Shown: positions 1 through 9,171 of the stretch, one piece after another | How the letters are laid out: the number at the start of each line of letters is the position of its first letter | Numbering within the stretch: the stretch's first letter is position 1 | From: Rhodospirillaceae bacterium | GTDB taxonomy: Bacteria > Pseudomonadota > Alphaproteobacteria > Rhodospirillales > 2-02-FULL-58-16 | NCBI GenBank assembly: GCA_013349695.1 | Contig: DUZD01000001.1 | Location: forward strand, 1 to 45,819 | DNA length: 45,819 nt | Reading direction: 5' to 3' | The notes under the pieces: generated by a model | Told to the model about the DNA's origin: nothing | Database searches by the model: none | What the model saw: the letters and a program-made list of their open reading frames with translations, nothing else | Position numbers and translations under genes: made by a program

Positions 1-116
1 CGTCCCCTCGGGGCGTCGGGAGCGCTTGACGATGCGCCAGCATCGACGGCGCGCCCCCTCCTGCCGAGGAAACGGGAAAAACGATCGTATGGGTACCTTA
101 TAGATGTGACGGAACA
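1..116. repeat. Degenerate module of the palindromic repeat family seen at 9171-9431, possibly cut by the window edge
   Basis: Colinear blocks are shared with the right module of the 9171-9431 element: ggcgtcg (12-18 vs 9328-9334), acgatgc (29-35 vs 9345-9351), gcatcg (40-45 vs 9355-9360), a gcgcgc..cct block, then tatgggt (88-94 vs 9404-9410). The loop is flanked by its own complementary arms cgtcccctcgg (1-11) and ccgaggaaacg (64-74), 9/11. Confidence 0.4.
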
Positions 117-1574
117 TTAAGAGCTCCCGAAATCGCTTGACGCCTGGAAGACATCCGCGACGCGCAACACCGTCTCTTCGTCGAAAGGCTTGCCGATGAA
201 CTGGAGTCCCAGGGGCAGACCGAAATTGTCCTCTCCCGCCGGCACCGAGACGGCGGGGAGGCCGGCCAAGCTGGCCGGCACGGTAAAGACGTCGTTCAGG
301 TACATCGCTATCGGGTCGTCCATTTTTTCGCCGATGGGAAAGGCCGCCGACGGTGCCGTCGGCGTCAGCAGCACATCGACGGTCTCGAAAGCCTTGCGGA
401 AGTCCTCGGCGATCAACATTCGCACCTTCTGCGCTTTCAGATAATAGGCGTCGTAGTAGCCGGCGCTTAAAACGTAAGTGCCGATGAGGACGCGCCGGCG
501 CACTTCCTTGCCAAAGCCCCGCCCGCGGGTGTTTTCGTACATTTCATCCAGGGACTGGCCCGGCACGCGCAGACCGTAACGCACCCCGTCGTAGCGGGCG
601 AGGTTGGAAGAGGCCTCCGCCGGGGCGACAATATAATAAGCCGGTAGCGCGTATTTGGTATGCGCCAGCGACACCTCGACCGTCTCGGCGCCGGCGCCGC
701 GGAGCAGACTTGCGCCATTCTCCCACAGTTCATCGATCTTTTCGGGCATGCCCTCGACCCGGTATTCCTTGGGGATGCCTACTCGCAAGCCCTTGATGCG
801 GCGGTTGAGCGCCGCCTCGAAATCGACGGCCTCGATGGGGGCGGACGTGGAGTCCTTGGGATCGTGCCCGGCCATCGCCGTCAGCATGATGGCGGCGTCG
901 CGCACCGTGCGGGTCATGGGGCCGGCTTGGTCGAGGCTGGACGCGAAGGCGACGATTCCCCAGCGCGAGCAACGCCCGTAAGTCGGTTTCAGTCCGACGA
1001 TGCCGCAGAACGAGGCCGGCTGACGGATGGAGCCGCCGGTGTCGGTGCCGATGGCGCCCAGGCAGGTGCGCGCCGCCACCGCCGAAGCCGAGCCGCCCGA
1101 CGAGCCGCCCGGCACCAGGTCTTTTCCGTCCGGGCCCTTGCACGGGTTCTTGGCCGCCCCGAAATGGCTGGTGACGCAGGCCGAGCCCATGGCGAACTCG
1201 TCCAGGTTGGTCTTGCCCAGCATCACCGCCCCGGCGGCCTTGAGCTTCTCGGTCACCGTCGATTCGTAGGTGGGGACGAAGCCATCGAGGATGTGCGAGC
1301 CGGCGGTGGTCGGCACGCCTTCGGTGCAGAACAGGTCCTTGACGGCGATGGGAATGCCGTCCATGGCGCCCAAGGCTTCGCCCTTGGCCCGGCGGGCATC
1401 AGACTCTTTCGCCCTGGCGAGGGCGATTTCCGGGGTTTCGGTGATGTAGGCGTTGAGATTCCGAGCCGCCTCGACGGCCTCGATATGCGCCCGGGTCAGC
1501 GTCTCGGAGGAATACTCGCCGCCGGCCAGCCCGTCACGGGCACGGGCGATGTCGAGGTCGGTGAGCGCGCCCAT
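117..1574 (-). CDS. gatA: Glu-tRNA(Gln)/Asp-tRNA(Asn) amidotransferase subunit A
   Basis: Translation from the ATG at 1574 ([16 protein letters not shown]...) is a full-length amidase-signature protein with GGSSGGSA. The 611-aa track ORF is an Arg/Gly-rich upstream read-through. The start overlaps the gatC stop by 1 nt (TAATG). Confidence 0.95.
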   Translation of the reverse strand: MGALTDLDIARARDGLAGGEYSSETLTRAHIEAVEAARNLNAYITETPEIALARAKESDARRAKGEALGAMDGIPIAVKDLFCTEGVPTTAGSHILDGFVPTYESTVTEKLKAAGAVMLGKTNLDEFAMGSACVTSHFGAAKNPCKGPDGKDLVPGGSSGGSASAVAARTCLGAIGTDTGGSIRQPASFCGIVGLKPTYGRCSRWGIVAFASSLDQAGPMTRTVRDAAIMLTAMAGHDPKDSTSAPIEAVDFEAALNRRIKGLRVGIPKEYRVEGMPEKIDELWENGASLLRGAGAETVEVSLAHTKYALPAYYIVAPAEASSNLARYDGVRYGLRVPGQSLDEMYENTRGRGFGKEVRRRVLIGTYVLSAGYYDAYYLKAQKVRMLIAEDFRKAFETVDVLLTPTAPSAAFPIGEKMDDPIAMYLNDVFTVPASLAGLPAVSVPAGEDNFGLPLGLQFIGKPFDEETVLRVADVFQASSDFGSS

Positions 1575-1861
1575 TATTCCACCACTTTCGGAACCGTATA
1601 AAAGCCCTCCTCCGCTTCCGGCGCGTTGGCCAGCACCTTGCCGGCATAGCCGCCGTCGGTGACGGTATCGTTCCGCCTCGGCCATGTCATGTCGGCGACG
1701 ACGGTCATCGGCGCGATGCCGTCGGTGTCGACCTCGGCCAGTTGTTCGACCCAGCCGATGATCTGGGAAAGTTCCGCCGCCAAGTGATCCAGTTCGTCCT
1801 CCGGCACCTTGACGCGGGCGAGGAAGGCGATTTTCCTGACGGTGGTTTGGTCCAAGGGCAT
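1574..1861 (-). CDS. gatC: Glu-tRNA(Gln) amidotransferase subunit C
   Basis: [41 protein letters not shown]... is typical GatC. It lies directly upstream of and coupled to gatA. Start set at the internal ATG 1861. Confidence 0.9.
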   Translation of the reverse strand: MPLDQTTVRKIAFLARVKVPEDELDHLAAELSQIIGWVEQLAEVDTDGIAPMTVVADMTWPRRNDTVTDGGYAGKVLANAPEAEEGFYTVPKVVE

Positions 1862-1884
1862 GGGAGGAATCCCGGCCGGGTATA

Positions 1885-1943
1885 ATACCAACCTGCGTTA
1901 ATAGAGACCCATTGTGACGGCCTCTATTAACGCAGGTTGGTAT
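1885..1943. repeat. Perfect 22-bp inverted repeat with a 15-nt spacer (hairpin) between the SH3-like gene stop and the gatC start
   Basis: ataccaacctgcgttaatagag (1885-1906) and ctctattaacgcaggttggtat (1922-1943) are exact reverse complements. The left arm plus spacer match the TIR of the 9171-9431 element at 23/33 ungapped positions (shared ataccaa and gacccat). Confidence 0.8.
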
Positions 1944-2006
1944 AAGGGACAAGCGGCGCGGAAAGTATCACCCGCGCCGAAAGGGCGCAAGCGGCCATGG
2001 TGGGAA

Positions 2007-2867
2007 TCAGCGGACTTCCCTGACCCCGGACGCGGCGAGGATTTGCCAGACCTTGTCGTTCCACGCCCCGAAAGCGATGCGGATGGCGGCGGTAAGAGCC
2101 TGGGGAACGGTTTTGGCGGGAAGTTTCTCTTGCGCCGGGGGGTTGCCGTACCTAGAGAGCGAGATGTTATCGAAAACCACGATCTTTTTGTCGCGGTGGA
2201 AGATGAACGTGGTCGAGAATATTTCGTCATAGCCGTCACCGATGCCGAGCACGTCGACGCTGATCTGATAAGCCTGCTTCTGGGAAAAATCGTAAGGCGC
2301 CTCGGCGAGGAACGTCGGCGCCAGAAAGTTGAACTCCTGGCCTTTGAGGCGGCAACGGCAGATGACGTCGTAATCGGAAACCTCGAACAGTTCGCCCTCG
2401 ACCGAGGTCTTGCCTTCGAAGTGAACGGTGTAGTTGCAAACGAGACCGCTTTCGAGCGATACCTTGCCTTTGATGTTTTTCTTCAAGGATCCGTCGATCA
2501 GGGCGACCATTATCGGCGCGTAGACGAAACCGAATTCCTTGCCGCCCTTTTGCACCGCCAGCCAGCTGGCGCCACCCTTGGCCCTGCCCACCACTTTCAC
2601 GCGGCTTCCTTTAATCACACTGCCGATCTTTTTGCCCTTGGTGTTGGGCTTGGCGCGGACGTTGGCGTCCTTGAGCACAAGGTAATCCCCTTTCAGCGAA
2701 TCGATCTTGAGGCCGAGGAAGGTTTCGGCGGCCAAGGCGGGACGAACGACGCCCGCCGCCAGTCCCACCGCCAAAGCCCAACAAAGCAGACCCAAGCGGT
2801 TCGAAACGGCGGCGAAAAGACGCTTGCCCCTGCCAGGTATGTTGCCGTTACAAGCGGTGATCGCCAT
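2007..2867 (-). CDS. Secreted hypothetical protein with a bacterial SH3-like segment
   Basis: N-terminal signal-like hydrophobic stretch (LGLLCWALAVGLAAGVVRPALAAE). It is followed by an SH3b-like pattern (VLKDANVRAKPNTKGKKIGSVIKGSRVKVVGRAKGGASWLAVQ). The C-terminal ~170 aa are not recognisable. Confidence 0.6.
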   Translation of the reverse strand: MAITACNGNIPGRGKRLFAAVSNRLGLLCWALAVGLAAGVVRPALAAETFLGLKIDSLKGDYLVLKDANVRAKPNTKGKKIGSVIKGSRVKVVGRAKGGASWLAVQKGGKEFGFVYAPIMVALIDGSLKKNIKGKVSLESGLVCNYTVHFEGKTSVEGELFEVSDYDVICRCRLKGQEFNFLAPTFLAEAPYDFSQKQAYQISVDVLGIGDGYDEIFSTTFIFHRDKKIVVFDNISLSRYGNPPAQEKLPAKTVPQALTAAIRIAFGAWNDKVWQILAASGVREVR

Positions 2868-3077
2868 TTCGCACCCCCGCCAAAGCCAGGAACAGGAAAT
2901 TACAATGTATTACGGCACGTGATAGTCAACCCTTGCTTTTTCCGCCACCGTCTTTTTGCTTGCCCGGCCGGACCTCGGGCGGGCTCGACTTCCACCGGAC
3001 GGCGGCGCTACTGTTGCTTCCGCCCGGTCTTGGGTGGGAGCGGAAAGCCGGAGCGGCGGCGACAACGGACGAACGTC

Positions 3078-3572
3078 ATGGCGGTCGAGGACTTGCGGGG
3101 AATGAAAGCGGCGATCGGGCCGGAGCGGCGTCTTCTCGGCCTCGATGTCGGCTCGAAAACCATTGGCCTCGCCCTTTCCGACCTCGGCTTGCGCGTCGCC
3201 ACGCCTTATCGGACGCTCAGCCGGGACAAGTTCGAAAAGGTCGCCGAAGAGCTTCGCCGCATCGTTGCCGGCGAGGGCGTCGGCGGCCTGATCATCGGTC
3301 TGCCGGTGGAAATGGACGGCGGCGAGGGACGGCGCTGCCAATCGACGCGCCGGTTCGCCGCCAACCTTCTCGACCGTATCGACATCGCCATCGCCTTTTG
3401 GGACGAACGGCTGTCGACGGCGGCGGTGGAGCGGATGCTGATCAAGGAGGCCGACATGACCCGCAAGCGCCGCGCCCAGGTCATCGACAAGGCCGCCGCC
3501 GCCTACATCCTGCAAGGCGCCCTGGATGCGATGGGACGCCTGAAGGCGCCGGATGCGATGGATAATTCATGA
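3078..3572 (+). CDS. ruvX: Putative pre-16S rRNA nuclease / Holliday junction resolvase-like protein YqgF/RuvX
   Basis: RLLGLDVGSKTIGLALSD...LIIGLPVEMDGGEG...WDERLSTAAVERML...VIDKAAAAYILQGALD matches the YqgF family. ATG at 3078 lies inside the long track ORF 1914-3572. Confidence 0.9.
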   Translation: MAVEDLRGMKAAIGPERRLLGLDVGSKTIGLALSDLGLRVATPYRTLSRDKFEKVAEELRRIVAGEGVGGLIIGLPVEMDGGEGRRCQSTRRFAANLLDRIDIAIAFWDERLSTAAVERMLIKEADMTRKRRAQVIDKAAAAYILQGALDAMGRLKAPDAMDNS

Positions 3573-3590
3573 CCCCGATCCTTTTCGCCG

Positions 3591-3770
3591 GTGTTCCTGT
3601 CGATCTTTCTCGGCTATCCGCTGAAAGCAAGGCGGCTCGCCGCCGACGCCTTTTGGGCGCCGGCCGGGAAGTTGACCTTCTATCTGTTCTTCCCGGTGCT
3701 TCTTGTTGGCATCGCCGGCCATCTGCCGCCTTGTGACCTTGTCCACCGCCGCTATACTGCGCGGCGCTAA
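3591..3770 (+). pseudogene. Possible N-terminal stub of an AEC (auxin efflux carrier) family transporter
   Basis: A 59-codon ORF (GTG 3591) reads VFLSIFLGYPLKARRLAADAFWAPAGKLTFYLFFPVLLVGIAG... This resembles the first two TM helices of AEC permeases (~300 aa normally). An ATG at 3569 (ATGA overlap with the ruvX stop) is in another frame. Confidence 0.35.
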
Positions 3771-3797
3771 ACCCCGCCACCATCCAGGAGCCGCCCG

Positions 3798-4790
3798 ATG
3801 GCGGAAATTCGCTATGACGTGGTCGGCATTGGCAATGCCATCGTCGACGTTCTTGCCCATGCCGAAGACCGGCTTCTCGACGAACTCGGCTTGACCAAGG
3901 GGGCGATGACCCTCATCGACGAGAAACAAGCGTCACGGCTTTACGACCGCATGGGGCCGGCCATCGAGTGTTCCGGCGGCTCGGCGGCCAACACCATCGC
4001 CGGCCTTGCCTCGCTGGGCGGCAAGGGAGCCTTCATCGGCAAGCTCCGCGACGATCAGTTGGGCGCCGTCTTCCGTCACGACATCCGCTCCCTGGGGATC
4101 GCTTTCGAAAGCCGCTTGGCGGCGGACGGAGCGCCGACGGCGCGCTGCCTGATTTTCGTCACCGCCGATGCCGAGAGGACCATGCAGACCTATCTTGGCG
4201 CCAGCGTCGACTTGCGCCCCGACGACATCGACGAGGCCATCATCGCCGCCGCCGGGATCACCTACCTGGAAGGTTACCTTTGGGATCCGCCGATGGCCAA
4301 GGAGGCCTTCGTCAAGGCCGCGGCGGTGGCGCACCGGGCCGGCCGTCTGGTCTCGCTCAGTCTCTCCGATCCGTTTTGCGTCGACCGTCACCGCGCCGAT
4401 TTTCTCGACCTTGTGGAAAACCACGTCGACGTCCTTTTCGCCAACCAAGAGGAAATCGCCTCTCTTTACCAGGTCGACGGTTTCGACGATGCCTTGCAAC
4501 GGGTGCGCGGCCACTGCCGGGTGGCGGCGCTGACCCGCGGCGGAAAGGGATCGCTGGTGATTTCAGGCGATGAAATCCACGTCATCGACGCCGAACCGGT
4601 GGCCAGGGTGGTGGACTCCACCGGCGCCGGCGACGCCTATGCGGCGGGCTTTCTTTTTGGCTTGACCAGGGATTTCGGCCTCGCCGATTGCGGCCGCATG
4701 GCCAGCATCGCCGCCGCCGAGGTCATCGGCCATTTCGGCGCCCGCCCGGAAGTCTCGCTGAAAGAGCTGATGGCGAAAAAAATCACATGA
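3798..4790 (+). CDS. PfkB-family carbohydrate/adenosine kinase
   Basis: MAEIRYDVVGIGNAIVDVL...CSGGSAANT...DSTGAGDAYAAGFLFG shows the N-terminal GG and C-terminal DTxGAGD motifs of the ribokinase/PfkB family. Size and pattern are typical of alphaproteobacterial adenosine kinase. Confidence 0.85.
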   Translation: MAEIRYDVVGIGNAIVDVLAHAEDRLLDELGLTKGAMTLIDEKQASRLYDRMGPAIECSGGSAANTIAGLASLGGKGAFIGKLRDDQLGAVFRHDIRSLGIAFESRLAADGAPTARCLIFVTADAERTMQTYLGASVDLRPDDIDEAIIAAAGITYLEGYLWDPPMAKEAFVKAAAVAHRAGRLVSLSLSDPFCVDRHRADFLDLVENHVDVLFANQEEIASLYQVDGFDDALQRVRGHCRVAALTRGGKGSLVISGDEIHVIDAEPVARVVDSTGAGDAYAAGFLFGLTRDFGLADCGRMASIAAAEVIGHFGARPEVSLKELMAKKIT

Positions 4791-4849
4791 GAGCCCGTTC
4801 CTGGCAAATCCCTTGACCTCGCCAAACAAAAGGGACATTTCAACATTCC

Positions 4850-6094
4850 ATGACCGACCAAGATAGCTTCCACCATGACGCGGTAACTCCGCTGCACCGT
4901 TTCACCACTTCGCGTTTCTGGCGCACCCTTCCGGCCGGCATGCGGCGGCGTTGGTGGATGTTCCGGCCGTTGGACCTGATCGCCCGGCACTGGCCGGTCC
5001 TTAAAAAACGGCGGGGATTGTTGGTGGTCCGCATGGACGGCATCGGCGACATGGTTCTGTTCCGCGCCTGCCTCGATCATTACGCCGATGTTTTCGGCTT
5101 TGATGTTGCCGACATCACGGTGCTTGGCTGCACCAGTTGGGCCGACGTCGCCGACATCGTTTTCGCCGGCTACCGGGTTCACGTTATCGATGAACACGCT
5201 TACGCCCGCCGGCCGCTCTACCGGTTCAAGATATCCCTGTGGCTGCGCCGCCTGATGCCCGCCGTCACCGTCTGCGATTCCTATTTGCGCCGCGCCCTGA
5301 TGGCCGACAGCTTGGTCTGGATCGCGGCGGCGCCCCGCACGCTTGCCTCGCTGCCATATATCAACGAACCGACACGTGCCGAGTTCCTTTATTACCTGAG
5401 TCAAGTCGACGAAATCATCCATACCGGCGATTACCCCACCCATGAAGTGATCCGCCATTACCGTTTCCTTTCAGTCCTCGCCGGCCGCCGGATCAGGCCC
5501 GAGCCCCCGCGTCTCCCTTGGCACGACGACCCACCGGCGATTGCCGGCGGCGGGCCTTACGTGGTCATCAATACCGGCAGCAACGAGCCGGGGCGGCGGT
5601 GGCCGCTCGGCCATTATCTCAAGCTTGCCGGGCGGCTTCTCGAAACGGGCTACCGCGTCGTCTTCGTCGGCAAGTCCGAGGTAAAAACGGAAGAGGGCAA
5701 CTTCAAGCATTTTCGCCAACGGCCCGGCGTCATCGATCTCATCGGCCGCACCACCCTGCCCGGCCTCCTCGACCTGATGAACCACGCCGCCGCCGTCCTC
5801 AGCAATGATTCGGGGCCGGCGCACCTGAGCATCGCCCTGGGCGCGCCAACGGTGGTGATCGTCGGCGGCGGCCATTTCGGCTGTTTCGTTCCGTATCCAA
5901 AACAAATCACTCCCCCCAAAGTCCGCTTCGTGTTTCACGAGATGGAGTGCTACCACTGCTTTTGGCGCTGCCACAAACGCATCAGCAAGTACGATGTCTT
6001 TCCCTGCATCAGCGCCGTTGCCGAGGAACGGGTGTGGGGCGAATTGCAAGGCGTGTTGCCACAGGTGCCGGCGAAGGCTTTGGCGTTATCATGA
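4850..6094 (+). CDS. Glycosyltransferase family 9 (heptosyltransferase-like)
   Basis: LLVVRMDGIGDMVLF...VVINTGSNEPGRRWPLGHYLKLAGRL...LSNDSGPAHLSIALGAPTVVIVGG are GT9 hallmarks. The C-terminal tail is unusual: C-x2-C-x3-C-x11-C (5948-6007). The exact start is uncertain. Confidence 0.85.
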   Translation: MTDQDSFHHDAVTPLHRFTTSRFWRTLPAGMRRRWWMFRPLDLIARHWPVLKKRRGLLVVRMDGIGDMVLFRACLDHYADVFGFDVADITVLGCTSWADVADIVFAGYRVHVIDEHAYARRPLYRFKISLWLRRLMPAVTVCDSYLRRALMADSLVWIAAAPRTLASLPYINEPTRAEFLYYLSQVDEIIHTGDYPTHEVIRHYRFLSVLAGRRIRPEPPRLPWHDDPPAIAGGGPYVVINTGSNEPGRRWPLGHYLKLAGRLLETGYRVVFVGKSEVKTEEGNFKHFRQRPGVIDLIGRTTLPGLLDLMNHAAAVLSNDSGPAHLSIALGAPTVVIVGGGHFGCFVPYPKQITPPKVRFVFHEMECYHCFWRCHKRISKYDVFPCISAVAEERVWGELQGVLPQVPAKALALS

Positions 6095-6792
6095 ACGCCA
6101 ACGGCGAGGTGGATTTCTACGCCAGCTACAACCGCTTCAAGTCTTACCAAACGCCGCGTCTGGGCCGCAAACAAGTGCGCCGTTTCGACAGCGGCTTCTG
6201 GGAACCCGCCGGCTGCGGGCCCGACATGGCTTTCCTCGATGTCGGCTGCGGCACCGGTCTTTTCCTGGCCTACCTGCGGGCCAAGGGTGTCGCCGATTTT
6301 CTCGGCATCGACAACGACCCCGCCCTGGCCAAACATATTGCCGCCGAGATCGCCGACAAGTTCGTTGTTGCCGACGTTTGGCGGTTTCTCGACGGCGGCG
6401 CCGGCGGCCGCCGCTTCGACCGCATCACGCTGTTCGATCTTCTCGAGCACTTTGCCGCCGAGGACGGCGCCCGGCTGCTTGCCAAACTGGCCAAGGTGCT
6501 CAAGCCCGGCGGACGGGTCGTGGTCAAGGTTCCCAACATGGGGTCTCCCTGGGGCGGCGGCTACCAGTTTGGCGACCTGACCCATAAAGCGGCGTACAAT
6601 CCGTCCAGCATGCGGCAACTGGCCCTGGCCAGCGGCTATGAATGCATCACCTGCTATCCTCACCGGCAGGGCAGTCGCGGGCGGCGCTTCAAGGACCGTC
6701 TGTTGCACGGGTTTCTGTCGCGCCTCGTCATGACGCCGCCCGAGATCTGGTCGGCGAACTTCTTTGCCGTTCTCAAGCAGCGAAGGGATTGA
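6091..6792 (+). CDS. Class I SAM-dependent methyltransferase
   Basis: FLDVGCGTGLF (motif I) and ITLFDLLEHF...LKPGGRVVV. ATG 6091 forms an ATGA overlap with the GT9 stop. Confidence 0.85.
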   Translation: MNANGEVDFYASYNRFKSYQTPRLGRKQVRRFDSGFWEPAGCGPDMAFLDVGCGTGLFLAYLRAKGVADFLGIDNDPALAKHIAAEIADKFVVADVWRFLDGGAGGRRFDRITLFDLLEHFAAEDGARLLAKLAKVLKPGGRVVVKVPNMGSPWGGGYQFGDLTHKAAYNPSSMRQLALASGYECITCYPHRQGSRGRRFKDRLLHGFLSRLVMTPPEIWSANFFAVLKQRRD

Positions 6793-6798
6793 ACCGTT

Positions 6799-8169
6799 TT
6801 GGCGCTGTTCGATGCCGGCGGGAACCGCACCGTCAAGTCCTGGTTGGCGGCCACCAAGGTCTATTTTGACAGGCGTGTCATTACGGTGTTGTTCCTGGGT
6901 TTTTCCAGCGGCCTGCCCCTCCTGCTTGTGTTTTCCACCTTATCGCTGTGGCTCAAGGACGAGGGTATCTCGAAGACCGTCATCGGCTTGTTCGCCTTGG
7001 TCCGCATGCCCTACACATTCAAGTTCGTTTGGGCGCCGCTGATCGATCGGCTGTCGGTTCCGTTTCTCGGCGGCTGGCTGGGCCGCCGGCGGGCGTGGGT
7101 GGTCGTCACCCAGATCGCCTTGATGGCGTCGATCCTGGCGCTGGCCTCCACCTCGCCGTCCCTGACCCCTGGACTGACCGCCTTGTTTGCCCTGTTCGTC
7201 GCTTTTTGTTCGGCCAGCCAGGACATCGTTATCGACGCCTACCGCATCGAGATCCTGGAGCAACGCCAACAGGGCGTCGGAGCGGCGATGATCGTCAACG
7301 GCTATCGCTTTGGCCTGTTGACGGCGGGCGCCGGCGCCATTTCGTTCGCCGATTTCCTCAGTTGGTCCCAGGTCTACGTCATCATGGCCGCCATGGTCGT
7401 GGTTGGGCTGGTGACGATTCTGTTGAGCGCCGAACCCGAGACCCGGCAAAACGGCATCGGCCTAGCCGACCCCGAAGGGGCGCGGAGGTTTGGCGCCCGC
7501 TTTCCCTGGATGTCACATGGGATGCGCGGCGTCGCCGGTTGGCTGTACGGCGCCATGGTCTGTCCTTTCGCCGACTTCATGAAGCGCCAGGGATGGGTCT
7601 GCATTCTTCTGTTCATCATGCTCTACAAATTGGGAGACGCCTATCTGGGGGTGATGGCCAATCCATTCTACGTCGAGATGGGCTTTTCAAAACAGGAGAT
7701 CGCCGCCGTTTCCAAGGTCTTTGGCATGGGGGCCACCATCATCGGCGGCCTGGTTGGCGGCATCGTCGTCTTTCGATACGGAATTCATCGGGCCTTGTTG
7801 GGCTGCGGCATCCTCATGGCGGCCTCCAACCTGGTTTTCGCCGCCCAGGCCGCGGTCGGCCATAGCGTGCCGATGCTGATGCTCACCATCGCCGTCGAAA
7901 ACCTCACCGGCGGAATGGGCACGACGGCGTTCGTTGCCTATCTGTCGAGCCTTTGCAATATCGCCTACACGGCGACTCAATACGCCCTGCTCAGTTCCTT
8001 CATGGCCTTCGCCCGCGACGTCTTGTCCGCTTCCAGCGGCTGGCTGGCGGACCATGTCGAGTGGGTCGGCTTTTTCCTTTTCAGTACCGGGCTCGCCCTG
8101 CCGGGACTGGTTCTGCTTTTGTGGATGATGCGCCGCATGCCCCTTGAAGAGGCACGGGGGTCAAGCTGA
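6799..8169 (+). CDS. ampG: AmpG-family muropeptide MFS permease
   Basis: VLFLGFSSGLPLLLVFSTLSLWLKDEGISKTVIGLFALVRMPYTFKFVWAPLIDR...GRRRAWVV is the characteristic AmpG N-terminus, with multiple TM segments throughout. Apparent TTG start at 6799. Confidence 0.85.
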   Translation: MALFDAGGNRTVKSWLAATKVYFDRRVITVLFLGFSSGLPLLLVFSTLSLWLKDEGISKTVIGLFALVRMPYTFKFVWAPLIDRLSVPFLGGWLGRRRAWVVVTQIALMASILALASTSPSLTPGLTALFALFVAFCSASQDIVIDAYRIEILEQRQQGVGAAMIVNGYRFGLLTAGAGAISFADFLSWSQVYVIMAAMVVVGLVTILLSAEPETRQNGIGLADPEGARRFGARFPWMSHGMRGVAGWLYGAMVCPFADFMKRQGWVCILLFIMLYKLGDAYLGVMANPFYVEMGFSKQEIAAVSKVFGMGATIIGGLVGGIVVFRYGIHRALLGCGILMAASNLVFAAQAAVGHSVPMLMLTIAVENLTGGMGTTAFVAYLSSLCNIAYTATQYALLSSFMAFARDVLSASSGWLADHVEWVGFFLFSTGLALPGLVLLLWMMRRMPLEEARGSS

Positions 8170-9171
8170 GAGAGCCTTGTCCACCGCCTGGATAACCGCC
8201 TCGACGGGGATGCGTTCGATCTCCTCGCCGCCGAAATCCGCAGCCCGGACGATGGTCAGGCATCCGCTCATCGGCCTGAATTTCTCGGGCGACGTCGTGC
8301 CGTAAAGCGAGATGAGCGGCCGCCCGCCGAGGGCCAACATGTGGCCGACGCCGGAATCATTGGAGAGGCACGCGGCAAACCGTTTCGATAAGGCAATGGT
8401 AAACTGCGGAGAAAAATGATGGGCTTCCTCGACCCCGTCCTCCTGCAAGGGAAACAGGGCTTCGGGAACGGCCCCGGCGAGCTCGCTTTTCCAGGCGATT
8501 TCCTTGGGGCCGAGGACGAATACGGGGATGCGCCTCCGCGCCGTTTGTTCTTTCGCCATGGCAACGAAATTTTGCAAGGGCCAGCACTTCGGCCTCCCCC
8601 CGGCGCCCGGCGCGATGCCGACATAGACCGGCCCCTCGGGCAGCAGTCCCGTCGCCTCTTCGGCGAGGGCGGGGTCGAGGTCCAGGTCCATGCCGGCCGG
8701 GGTCTCGAAGGCCTTCCCGCTGGCCAGTTCCAAGAGGTCGAGCAACTGGCGCAGCATGCTCTTGGGGCGTTGGTAGTCTTTCGGCGGTTTCCGAGAGGAG
8801 AGCAGAAAGCGCGCCGACGACGAGATAAACAGGCGATGAGGGACACGCTTCAACGACAGGCTAGCCCAGACAATTCTCTGGGTGTCGATGATCAAATCGA
8901 AGCGCCGGCCGGGCAAGGGGCGGCGCAAAAATTCCTTCGGATGCTGGCCGATACCGGCGTTTTCAATGACCTCGTCCAGGATGCCCTTGACCACCGGCGC
9001 CATGATGCCGGCATAGACGCTGGTTTCCTTGCCGGCGACCCAGGTGATGCGGGCGTCGGGAAAGGCCCGCCGCAAGGTCTGGACGAACGGTAGCTTGAGC
9101 AGGCCATCGCCGATGCGGTCCAAGCCGACGTATACCATGACGCTGGCGGGAGGCGTTCCGGGTTGGCTCAT
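8161..9171 (-). CDS. Glycosyltransferase family 9 (heptosyltransferase-like)
   Basis: VYVGLDRIGDGLLKLPFVQTLRRAFPDARITWV...VYVGIAPGAGGRPKCWPLQNF...LSNDSGVGHMLALGGRPLISLYG. The 3' end converges on ampG with a 9-nt overlap. The track start at 9183 lies inside the repeat element, so ATG 9171 (MSQPG) or 9138 (MVYVG) is more likely. Confidence 0.85.
   Translation of the reverse strand: MSQPGTPPASVMVYVGLDRIGDGLLKLPFVQTLRRAFPDARITWVAGKETSVYAGIMAPVVKGILDEVIENAGIGQHPKEFLRRPLPGRRFDLIIDTQRIVWASLSLKRVPHRLFISSSARFLLSSRKPPKDYQRPKSMLRQLLDLLELASGKAFETPAGMDLDLDPALAEEATGLLPEGPVYVGIAPGAGGRPKCWPLQNFVAMAKEQTARRRIPVFVLGPKEIAWKSELAGAVPEALFPLQEDGVEEAHHFSPQFTIALSKRFAACLSNDSGVGHMLALGGRPLISLYGTTSPEKFRPMSGCLTIVRAADFGGEEIERIPVEAVIQAVDKALSA

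Noticed and set aside
117-3572. Extended track ORFs 117-1952 (611 aa), 1914-3572 (552 aa) and 10099-13452 (1117 aa), which suggest much larger GatA, RuvX and MutS proteins.
   Set aside because: The extra N-terminal parts are low-complexity read-through that overlaps neighbouring genes (gatC, the SH3-like gene, the 166-aa gene). Conserved N-termini begin at the internal ATGs 1574, 3078 and 10675.
3567-3929. A 120-aa minus-strand ORF spanning the ruvX-kinase spacer and the kinase start.
   Set aside because: It overlaps the well-supported PfkB kinase N-terminus on the other strand and has no recognisable motifs.
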